DNA of 64,000 nucleotides from an uncultured Rhodospirillaceae bacterium (GCA_964476835.1 CAYZCE010000003.1:8579-72578), one strand, 5' to 3'; positions 48,989 to 56,853 are shown, counted from the stretch's first letter. Notes: generated by a model from the sequence alone, not told the origin. Numbers and translations: made by a program.

Positions 48989-50301
48989 CGCGTGGTCGCC
49001 CCCATCGCGGCGGTGCCGGATTTCTTGTCGCGCCTGACTTCGTCGCCGACCTGGGCCGCGAGCATCATCGACCAGCGGTCCATGAGGTCGAGCTGGTCGC
49101 TCATCTGCATCAGCTGGAATGCGGTCTGGGTGATCATTTCGCGCTGGTTGTTCTCCGGCTCGTCGATCTGGCTGGAGGCGTATTTACCGGTACGGAAGCG
49201 CTCGCTCATCATCGCCTGCATGATCTCGTTCTCGCTCGGCTTGTCGGAGATGAGGCTGGCGGGGATGCCGGCTTCCTCGCGCATCGCGCCGACGAAATCC
49301 TTGAGCTTGGACGAGCCGGGCACGCGGCGCGCGACGATATAATAAAGGCTGTCGTAAACCGTCTGGCGCTTGGCGGTATAGGCCTGGCCCGCCAGCTGCG
49401 CGCGCTGGCCGTCCTGGCTGTTGACCGCGTTGGGCGGAATGGGCTGGCGCACGAAAGGCTCCGCGACGTTGGTGAGCAGGTCGTCGACGGTCTGCTTGGT
49501 GTTGGCGTCGGTGACGTCGATCGTCTCGCGGCCGAAGACGGTGCCGGCGACGTCGACGTCCTGCCCGGCATAAGTGCCGCTGGTCGTGCAGCCGGCGTGG
49601 CCATTGTTGTCGTCCTTGTCGCAGTAGCGCGATTTATAATCGTCCCAGCGGTCCTTCATGTCGGCGGCAGGACCTGCGGCGGCGGAGATCGGGTTGCCGT
49701 AGGCGTCCTTCGTCGCGTTCGACGAGCGCGCCGCGCGTTCCGACGGCGCGGCGGAGCCGTAGGCCTGGCGGATGGTGTGGGCGGTCGTCATGCCGCCCGC
49801 GACGGTCGCGGTCTGGCAGGTGCTTTCGCTCGGGCGTTGCTCGCGCTGGCTGTCGATCTCGCTCTGCGCGAGGGCGGAGACGTCGCGGTTGGCGTTGGCG
49901 GCGTCGCGGATCGAGGCGAGCTGGCGTTCCTGGTCGGGCGTCAGGGCGGTCAGCTGGTCGGTCATCTCTTTCATCCCCGGTTCCATGCTCTTGAGCCAGA
50001 ACTGGTCGATCCAGTCGGTGATGTGGTCGGTGACGTTGTCGCCGCCGTTGGTGTCGGGGCCGATCTTCAGCGTGATTTCTTCCTGGAAGTTCTCATACGC
50101 CTCTGAGATATAGGCGGAGATATAGCCTTGCGCTTCCTCGATCGCGGCGGTCACGGTGCCGCAGAGCGACCCGATGGCGCCGGTGAAGGACCCGCTCGCG
50201 ATACAAGGGCCTTCGGGGCAGTCCGCGCGGGCGGCGGTCGGCGCGCCCAGCAGGAAGGCCAGCGCCAGCGCCATCAATAATTTTTTCGCCGTATCCTGCA
50301 T
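48985..50301 (-). CDS. secreted Cys-containing protein, tandem paralog 4 of 4
   Basis: Signal peptide ...GAPTAARA|DC. Motifs WIDQFWLK, STCQ, YCDKDDNNGHAGCTTSG, TIDVTD and PIPPNAV. Confidence 0.8.
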   Translation of the reverse strand: MQDTAKKLLMALALAFLLGAPTAARADCPEGPCIASGSFTGAIGSLCGTVTAAIEEAQGYISAYISEAYENFQEEITLKIGPDTNGGDNVTDHITDWIDQFWLKSMEPGMKEMTDQLTALTPDQERQLASIRDAANANRDVSALAQSEIDSQREQRPSESTCQTATVAGGMTTAHTIRQAYGSAAPSERAARSSNATKDAYGNPISAAAGPAADMKDRWDDYKSRYCDKDDNNGHAGCTTSGTYAGQDVDVAGTVFGRETIDVTDANTKQTVDDLLTNVAEPFVRQPIPPNAVNSQDGQRAQLAGQAYTAKRQTVYDSLYYIVARRVPGSSKLKDFVGAMREEAGIPASLISDKPSENEIMQAMMSERFRTGKYASSQIDEPENNQREMITQTAFQLMQMSDQLDLMDRWSMMLAAQVGDEVRRDKKSGTAAMGATTR

Positions 50302-50410
50302 CCGCTTGCGACTCTTCCCCCGTCGAAACGACCTGACCTTATATCCTCAATTTTATCACACTATTTAGATAAATATGAGACTTTTTAATAAAGGCTTTTA
50401 TATCAGACTC

Positions 50411-51967
50411 TTAGTTATGGAGCGCATAGACGTTGATAATGAGCACGTCGCGACCGCCCTGAACGTGGTGGAGTTCACCATAAGGCTGCGGACGCGCCGA
50501 CTTCATGGCGTTAAGCAGGCCGCCGACGGCTTCCTGGAAGGAGCCGCCGTAAGAGACGTCCTTGGTCAGGCGGTAATCGTAGTCAGTCGACCAGTAAAGG
50601 TCGACGCCGGCCTGGGCCGCCCACTTTTCGAGAGTGTCCTTGAGGGAGGCATCACGGCTTGCGATCCATGCGGCGGGTACCGGGGCGGCAGGTGCTGCGG
50701 CGACCGGTTGCGGCGCTGCGGCCTTGGGCGCGGGGGCGATTTCCTCGGGGAAGGCGTTGCTGACGCGCACGGTGTGGTTGTCGACGTAGAACGCGAGGTT
50801 CTTCGGCGCCAGCATCGCGCCGAGCACTTCCTTCCACGGCTTGCCACCCTGCCACGAGACGGAAGCGTTCTTGTTCACGTTGGCGTCGAATGCCGGTTGG
50901 TAGCCTTGGGGCACGACCTGGTCGACCGCAACGGGGAGCGGCAGGTTGGAGCCGAAACCGGAGACGATGCTGTTGTTGGTGTCCTGCATCGGCGCCGGTG
51001 CGGGAGCGGGCGCAGCAACGGGAGCCGGTGCGGGCGCCGCGGCTTGCGGCGTCAAGGCGATCGGCGCGTTGGAAGCGGCGACAGGTGCAGGCGCGGCAGA
51101 CTTGGCAGCCAGCACCACAGGCGCGGGCAGCGGCGCGGCCTCAACAGCCTCGACCTTTTCCGCGGGGATGGGCGGCGCTTCAGGCGCAATGGGGGTGGGC
51201 GCCGGCTTTGCAGCAGGCGCGGCTGCAACTGCAGGTGCGGCGGGTATCGGAGCGGGTGCTGCGCTTGCGGTTTCTTCCTTCTTCTTGCCGGCGAAGAAGT
51301 CATGCATGCGGTCGAACCAGTCGCGATGGCCGGGGTTGACGTCGCGGCGCGACGCGACCGAGCCGCGGCGGCCGGTATGGCGCATGATGGGCGGTTCGTC
51401 TTCGCCGATGACGGTGTCGTCGAATGCAAGGTCGCTGGCGCGCGCGGCGGGCTTCGCGGGCGTCACTTTGGGCGCGACGGGTGCGGGTGCTGCGGCTTGA
51501 ACGGGTGCGGGCGCCGGTGCAGGCGCCGTCGCTGCCGGCGCGATCGCGATGACATTCTTGTTCAGCGTATAGCTCAGCTTGCGCGTGGCGAGCATGTCGG
51601 CAAGCGTCTGCGGCCATGCCTTGCCGCCCTGCCACGACACGGTCGCGCCCGGATCGACGCCGGGCATGAAGGAAAGCTGGTAGCCTGCAGGCACGACTTG
51701 CTGCAGCGCGACGACCAGCGGCAGGTCGGTGCCGAAGCCGGTCAGCGCGGGGGCAGGGGTTGCCGCAACGGGTGCGGGCGCGGCAGCGGGCGCCGGGGCG
51801 GCGGCTGCGTTCTGCAGCACATCCTGCGTCGTGATGACGGGCGTCTTGTTGGGCGCTTTCCACTCAAAACCGGCGACGCCGTCCTGCGACGCGGCGGTCA
51901 TCAGGATCCCGCTTACGGCCAGCGCGGCGAAACCGGCGGCGCCCTTCTTGAAAATCTTTTTTGTCAT
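50411..51967 (-). CDS. secreted modular protein: two STN/secretin-N-like modules plus a C-terminal TcpQ/PilL-like domain, joined by Ala/Pro linkers
   Basis: Start MTKKIFKKGAAGFAALAVSGILMTAASQ (ATG 51967, GAGGGA RBS). Repeats GFGTDLPLVVALQQVVPAGYQLSF...VSWQGGKAWPQTL and GFGSNLPLPVAVDQVVPQGYQPAF...VSWQGGKPWKEVL. C-terminal SLKDTLEKWAAQAGVDLYW...FQEAVGGLL. Confidence 0.7.
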   Translation of the reverse strand: MTKKIFKKGAAGFAALAVSGILMTAASQDGVAGFEWKAPNKTPVITTQDVLQNAAAAPAPAAAPAPVAATPAPALTGFGTDLPLVVALQQVVPAGYQLSFMPGVDPGATVSWQGGKAWPQTLADMLATRKLSYTLNKNVIAIAPAATAPAPAPAPVQAAAPAPVAPKVTPAKPAARASDLAFDDTVIGEDEPPIMRHTGRRGSVASRRDVNPGHRDWFDRMHDFFAGKKKEETASAAPAPIPAAPAVAAAPAAKPAPTPIAPEAPPIPAEKVEAVEAAPLPAPVVLAAKSAAPAPVAASNAPIALTPQAAAPAPAPVAAPAPAPAPMQDTNNSIVSGFGSNLPLPVAVDQVVPQGYQPAFDANVNKNASVSWQGGKPWKEVLGAMLAPKNLAFYVDNHTVRVSNAFPEEIAPAPKAAAPQPVAAAPAAPVPAAWIASRDASLKDTLEKWAAQAGVDLYWSTDYDYRLTKDVSYGGSFQEAVGGLLNAMKSARPQPYGELHHVQGGRDVLIINVYALHN

Positions 51968-51981
51968 CGCTTGGTCCCTCA

Positions 51982-52278
51982 TCAGTTCGAGCCCGTGTCG
52001 ATCATCTTGCGCTTGCGCGATGGCTGCCACGCGGGGCGGTATTTGCCGCCGAACCACAGGCGCAACGCGCGCATGGCGGCGGAGAACGACAGGCCTTTGC
52101 GTTCCAGCATCCAGAAGATCATGAGAACGACCCCCATCAGCCCGAGCGTCCACACGCGGAAATGCACGAGGACGAGCAGGATGAAGAAGCCCGCGCGCGC
52201 GTCGAAGCGGAAGAAGCGCACCGGTTTCATCGTGTTGCGCCAGTGCCAGGTGCGGACGTTGTCTTCCGGTCCCGCCAT
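51982..52278 (-). CDS. icmT: IcmT (TraK-like) small T4BSS membrane protein
   Basis: WHWRNTMKPVRFFRFDARAGFFILLVLVH...WMLERKGLS fits the IcmT pattern (HWRDS...P.FF.DA.A.F.....L.H......LER.G.S). ATG overlaps the dotB TGA (ATGA). Confidence 0.75.
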   Translation of the reverse strand: MAGPEDNVRTWHWRNTMKPVRFFRFDARAGFFILLVLVHFRVWTLGLMGVVLMIFWMLERKGLSFSAAMRALRLWFGGKYRPAWQPSRKRKMIDTGSN

Positions 52279-53456
52279 CAGTGACCGCCGCCTTCGGCGC
52301 CCTTGGTGCCTTGCGCGTAGATCAGGTAGAAACGGCGCTCGATCAGGCCGGCTTCCATCGCTTCCTTGGCGTCTTGTTCCATGGTCTTGCCGTATTTGGG
52401 CACCATCTGCATCAGCTCCGCCGGCCACTTGTCGAAGGTGAGGCTGAGCATGTGCTCGCGGATTTCTTCGGTGAAAGGCATGTATTCGCGCAGCGCCTGG
52501 CGGCCGCCGCCGATTTTCGGCACCAGCGTCTGCGTGACGATCAGGCGCACGGTTTCCATCAGCGAGAAGGCGCGCTCGGATCGCTCCGACGGCTCGAAGG
52601 TCGAGACCATGCGTCGGATGGTGGCCGCGACGCCGGTGGTGTGGACGGTTGCGAAGACAAGGTGACCCGTTTGTCCGGCCTCGATCGCGGCGGAAATGGT
52701 TTCGCGGTCGCGGGCCTCGCCGACGAGGATGATTTCAGGCTTGCGGCGCAGCGCGTTGCGCACGCCGGCGGCGAAGGTCGGCAGGTGGCGCGGGATTTCC
52801 GACTGCGCGACGAGCGAGCGGCTCGACGTGATGGTGTCGTAGGTGAATTCGATCGGCGCTTCGTAGGTCAGCATCTTGCCGCAGCCGTGCGGGCTCTCGA
52901 TCAGCATGCGGTTGCCGGCGGCAAGCAGCGTCGATTTGCCCGAGCCGGTGGGGCCGGTGACGAGCACGAGGCCGTTGCGCGGACGCCAGTGCTTGATGAT
53001 CTCTTCGTTGACCTTGAGCTGCTTCATCGTCGGCGGGGCCGAAGGCAGCGTCCGCATGGTGATCTGCACGCCGTCGCGGCCGTCGGCCAGGATGGCGGTC
53101 ATGTTCACGCGGAAGCGGGTGCGCGTGAAGCGGTCGGTCATGATTTCGTACGACAAGTCGATGTCCGCGCCGCCCGAGAGGATCGCGAGCGCTTCCGCGC
53201 CGTAGAGGCGGCCGATGATCGCGGCCATGTCCGCGCCGTCGAGCTGGCGGTAGGTGGACGGATAGAGCGTGCCGGACAGTTCGCTATAGACTTGCCGGTT
53301 GGTCTGGAAGGTGATGTCGGAGGCGCCCTTCTTGACGCACCACAGGAGGAACGGGTCGACGTGGGCGTCGGTGAACCTGTCCGGCTCGTTCGGCCAGGTT
53401 TCCTTGAGGTCGTCGACCCCCTTCTTGAGGAGGCTTACCGGTCTGCCGGCTTCCAT
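52278..53456 (-). CDS. dotB: DotB, PilT/VirB11-class hexameric secretion ATPase
   Basis: Walker A GPTGSGKST, Asp box, Walker B IILVGEARD and His box ATVHTT. N-terminal EPDRFTDAHVDPFLLWCVKKGASDITF resembles DotB. Confidence 0.92.
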   Translation of the reverse strand: MEAGRPVSLLKKGVDDLKETWPNEPDRFTDAHVDPFLLWCVKKGASDITFQTNRQVYSELSGTLYPSTYRQLDGADMAAIIGRLYGAEALAILSGGADIDLSYEIMTDRFTRTRFRVNMTAILADGRDGVQITMRTLPSAPPTMKQLKVNEEIIKHWRPRNGLVLVTGPTGSGKSTLLAAGNRMLIESPHGCGKMLTYEAPIEFTYDTITSSRSLVAQSEIPRHLPTFAAGVRNALRRKPEIILVGEARDRETISAAIEAGQTGHLVFATVHTTGVAATIRRMVSTFEPSERSERAFSLMETVRLIVTQTLVPKIGGGRQALREYMPFTEEIREHMLSLTFDKWPAELMQMVPKYGKTMEQDAKEAMEAGLIERRFYLIYAQGTKGAEGGGH

Positions 53457-54631
53457 AGGTCCGCCTTTGTGGTGAGGAATTTCGAAGGTCCGGTGATGCG
53501 CAGCGCGCTGTCGCCGACGCGCATCTGGTTGTCGTCGCCCGTCACGCCGCGGTCTTCGTGCATCGCGTAAGGCGCGGAGATCATGCCCTGCGCCAGCAGC
53601 ACGCGGTAGCGCACCATGCCTTTATAGTCGGCCTGCACGCGGTTGACGTTGGATTCGAAAATCTGCTCGGCCTGTTCGGTGCCGGCCTGCCAGCCTTGCT
53701 CGACCCAGCGGTTCCAGTCGCGCTGTTCCTCGGCGGTCTTGGGCCACAGGATGCGCGGCGGCGGCGGCACGTCGCCCCAGCTCTGGATCAGGTATTGGCG
53801 CCAGTCGCGCGGCGCGGAGACGATCTTGGCGCGCTTGTTGATTTCGTAGACGGCGTTGGCGACGGCCGCTTCTGCGCCGCCGTCGGTGATGAAGATGGCG
53901 TCGGTCGCCTGGCTGACGATCGGCGGCTCGATCAGCAGGCCCGACGGCGCCTTGACGAGCAAGGCGCGGAAATTGAACACGCGGTCGAGCGCCGGCTCGA
54001 AGCCGCGGATGTTCTCCATGATCGCGTAGCTGCGCTTGGCGAGGCCGCCGCGCGCGCCGTACGACAGCGCCGCTTCTTTCTGCGCTTCCTTGCGCAGGTC
54101 GACGGAGACGGACTTGCTGACGAGGTCGTCGCCCGTGTCCAGCGGGTCGCGGCCGCCGAGCGTCTGGTTGACGTACTGCAGGGTCTCAAGTTCCGGCGGC
54201 GGCGCAGGCTCGCCCGTCACGTCGTCGGTCTTGAGGAAGCCTTTGGCGGCGGCGCGTTCCTTCTCGGCTTTGGTGGCGAGCAGGTTGGCCTTATAGGCAG
54301 GGCTGTTGGGGTCGTTGATGTCGCCGGCGTTGCCGCGGATCTCGGCGGTGCGCGGCGGGTCTTGCGTGTTTTGCGGCAGTTGCCCTTGTTGCTGTTGTCC
54401 GGGCTGCTGGCCTTGTGCGTAGTTGTAGAGCGCGCGCTGCTGCGCCGCACGCGCATCGCCGCCGGGAACGGAGCCGTTGGAGACAGGCGGGGTGCCGTAG
54501 CTGGAGGCAACGCGCGGATCAGGGCCGGCGTAAGACGTCACGGGCGTATCCGCGCGCGCAACCGTCGCGCCGGCGACCATCGCGCCGCAGACAAGGAAGC
54601 GCAGGATGTTATTCGCTGAAATTCGACGCAT
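53435..54631 (-). CDS. dotC: DotC (TraI-like) outer-membrane core protein
   Basis: Signal peptide, then a Gln/Pro-rich spacer. The C-terminal about 250 aa (IEPPIVSQ..., PRDWRQYL, LWPKTAEEQRDW, GMVRYRVLLAQGMISAPY, GVTGDDNQMRVGDSALRIT) parallels Legionella DotC. Lies between dotD and dotB. Confidence 0.85.
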   Translation of the reverse strand: MRRISANNILRFLVCGAMVAGATVARADTPVTSYAGPDPRVASSYGTPPVSNGSVPGGDARAAQQRALYNYAQGQQPGQQQQGQLPQNTQDPPRTAEIRGNAGDINDPNSPAYKANLLATKAEKERAAAKGFLKTDDVTGEPAPPPELETLQYVNQTLGGRDPLDTGDDLVSKSVSVDLRKEAQKEAALSYGARGGLAKRSYAIMENIRGFEPALDRVFNFRALLVKAPSGLLIEPPIVSQATDAIFITDGGAEAAVANAVYEINKRAKIVSAPRDWRQYLIQSWGDVPPPPRILWPKTAEEQRDWNRWVEQGWQAGTEQAEQIFESNVNRVQADYKGMVRYRVLLAQGMISAPYAMHEDRGVTGDDNQMRVGDSALRITGPSKFLTTKADLWKPADR

Positions 54632-55094
54632 AATCGAGCTCTACCATCCGGCGGTCGGGATCGACTGCCACGTCGGCGCGGCGGCCGGCCTGCAGGCCGA
54701 TGTCGCGCAGCACTTCGATTACCGATTTTTCGCGGCTATGCACGGAGACGATCATCGGCGCGGGCGGGCGCGTGCCGTTGATCTCGAGTTGGTAACCGGC
54801 GCGGTCGGCCAGCGTCTTCGCCATCGGCTCGATCGGGCCGTCGTAATCGACGGAGATGATGCGGCGCAGTTCCTGCGGCGCGTCGGGCACGGCGGCGATG
54901 GATTGGGACGGGTTCTTCGCCTGCTCGATCGCGGCGAGAGTCGACAGCGCGCTCGAGGCGTTGTCGGCGGCCATCGCGAGGCGCAGGGTGACGGGATCCG
55001 GCTCGGCGACCAGCTGCTGGTCGACCTTGCGCGCGGAGCATCCCGACGCAAGCACGAGCGTCATCGCCGCCACGAACAAAATGTTTTTGTCCAT
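54609..55094 (-). CDS. dotD: DotD lipoprotein (secretin-N0-like core component)
   Basis: Start MDKNILFVAAMTLVLASGC with the lipobox LASGC, 161 aa. C-terminal VDYDGPIEPMAKTLADRAGYQLEI..VIEVLRDIGLQAGRRADV..VELDY matches the DotD pattern. Confidence 0.88.
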   Translation of the reverse strand: MDKNILFVAAMTLVLASGCSARKVDQQLVAEPDPVTLRLAMAADNASSALSTLAAIEQAKNPSQSIAAVPDAPQELRRIISVDYDGPIEPMAKTLADRAGYQLEINGTRPPAPMIVSVHSREKSVIEVLRDIGLQAGRRADVAVDPDRRMVELDYASNFSE

Positions 55095-55220
55095 AAACTT
55101 CACTTCATGAATCCCCGAGGTTCGCGATCTGAACACATGATGTCGGAGATGGTAGCTTTTTTTGGGGACAAAGCAAACAGGCAAGCGCCTGTTTTCTCGA
55201 TTTTTTTATTGGGGGAGAGC

Positions 55221-55676
55221 TTAGCCCGGATTGCGCGCGCGGTTGGCGGCGGCAAGCAGGTCTTCGGGGCGGCGGACGAGGCGGTACTTCTCCATCGCGC
55301 GGACGACCTTCTGCTTGTAGTTATGTCCAAGCGACGGCGTGGCCGAGTGGTAATGCGCGATGCCCTGCTCGAGAGTGCCGGTCTGGTTCATTTTCGTGCG
55401 CAGGATCCACGCGCCGACGCCGATGTTGACGCAGGCGTCGTCGCGCACGAGGCGCAGGGCTTCCTTGGGCTGCACGCCCCAATAGCTGGCGAGCGACGGG
55501 ATCCAGATCGTGTTGATCTGCATGGGGCCGAGGTCGTAGGTGTTGTTGGTGTTGCGCGAGGCTTGCCCGATGCGCCCGCCCTCGACGTTGAGGATGCCGA
55601 GGATGACCGACGGCGGCACCACATAGGTTTGCGAGGCGGCGAAGATGCAGGTGGCGAGCAGTTGCGGCGTGATCAT
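55221..55676 (-). CDS. lytic transglycosylase (SLT domain, VirB1/TrbN-like)
   Basis: ILNVEGG (catalytic Glu region), YDLGPMQIN and AHYHS motifs of small T4SS-associated SLT enzymes. Confidence 0.8.
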   Translation of the reverse strand: MITPQLLATCIFAASQTYVVPPSVILGILNVEGGRIGQASRNTNNTYDLGPMQINTIWIPSLASYWGVQPKEALRLVRDDACVNIGVGAWILRTKMNQTGTLEQGIAHYHSATPSLGHNYKQKVVRAMEKYRLVRRPEDLLAAANRARNPG

Positions 55677-55686
55677 GGGGTCCTCG

Positions 55687-56553
55687 TTACTTCAACTGCA
55701 TGAATTCGGACGGCAGCAGCATCTTGTTCTCCGGCCGGCCGACCAGTGCGACGATCTTGCCGTCGGCGGGGCGGCGGTAAAGCGTGAAGGGCGGCGTCGG
55801 CAGGCGCCATTTCTTCACCAATGCCGTATTGGCCTCAAGGCGCGCGGCCGCGCCGTCCTTGATCTTGTCCGCGCCGAGCGCGCCTTGGTCGCCGGCAGCC
55901 CAGGCCTTCCATGCAGCCATCGGGTCGGTGGCGGAAAGCAGCGCCGCGCCCGCCGTGCGGTTGGCGTCGGCATCGCCGAAGGGGATCAGGCGCACCTGGA
56001 AGCGGCCTGCGGCAACCTGGTCGGACAGGTCGGCCCAATAGTCGCGGCAGTGGTCGCAGTTCGCATTCATGAAGACGTAGAGATAGGGCGCTTGCGCGTT
56101 GCCCAGCGCGACCCAATTGGCCTTTTCAGCTGCGGCATACAGCTGTTCGGCGGGCATCGCCGATTTTTCCGCGCCGGGCGTGGCGGCCTGTCCGCCGCTC
56201 ATTTTCTGCTCATAGGCCTTGAGCTGGCGCAACGTCTCCGACGAGCCGTCGGGCGCATAGAGCGTGCCTTTCAGCAGCGCGCCGTCGGGCGTCGTATAGA
56301 TGTATTGTGTGTCGCCCTTGGGGCTGATGAGGATCCAGCCGTCGAGGCCGTGCGCGTTGCCGAGGTAATCGAACTTGCCGCCGGCTGTCTCGAAAGCGTT
56401 GAGCGCCGCCTGTCCGCCGGGCAATTGCGGCTCCGCCCGCGCGGGCGTGCAGAGGAAGGCGATGGTCGCCAGCGCAAGGAGAGCGCCGCTTTGACGCGCG
56501 GTTTTCACGGACAGGCCTTTCCCGTTTCCCAAAAAAGTCTTCGTCGAACTCAT
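55687..56553 (-). CDS. periplasmic DsbC/DsbG-like thiol:disulfide isomerase
   Basis: Start MSSTKTF... with signal peptide ...FLCTPARA. Thioredoxin fold with the CDHC active site (FMNANCDHCRDYW). First gene of the dot operon. Confidence 0.75.
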   Translation of the reverse strand: MSSTKTFLGNGKGLSVKTARQSGALLALATIAFLCTPARAEPQLPGGQAALNAFETAGGKFDYLGNAHGLDGWILISPKGDTQYIYTTPDGALLKGTLYAPDGSSETLRQLKAYEQKMSGGQAATPGAEKSAMPAEQLYAAAEKANWVALGNAQAPYLYVFMNANCDHCRDYWADLSDQVAAGRFQVRLIPFGDADANRTAGAALLSATDPMAAWKAWAAGDQGALGADKIKDGAAARLEANTALVKKWRLPTPPFTLYRRPADGKIVALVGRPENKMLLPSEFMQLK

Positions 56554-56853
56554 AACGCAAACACCCCGTCGCTTCAAGCCGCAACCCGGACTTACAATGT
56601 TTAGTTTACCACAGAACAAGGCCGAATCCGCGCTGATTCCTGCGCGCGCCCGCAAACGCCGTTAAGTTTATTATGGACATAAAATTCGGCAAAGATGGTT
56701 AATATTGAAATATAATTAGTATTTATTTGCATTGACTGTAACTAACAGTAAGAAAATCTGGAAAATAGGCTGAATTTTCTTGATTAAAGATTGGTTAACA
56801 GTTACCTTATGCAAACAGGACATATCAATAAAAAGATCGGCAAGGGGACCTGA
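56554..56853. promoter_or_regulatory. AT-rich divergent control region between the dot operon and the AAA+ gene
   Basis: A 300-bp spacer whose core (56.68-56.84 kb) is strikingly AT-rich in a roughly 64% GC context. Contains GGTTAATATT (56697-56706) and two TAACAGT repeats (56744, 56795). Confidence 0.45.

Noticed and set aside
50900-51800. Repetitive GC-rich DNA (GCNGCNCCN-type) that at first glance looks like a tandem-repeat or CRISPR-like array
   Set aside because: There are no conserved direct repeats with unique spacers. The periodicity is codon-level and encodes Ala/Pro linkers of the STN/TcpQ-like protein.
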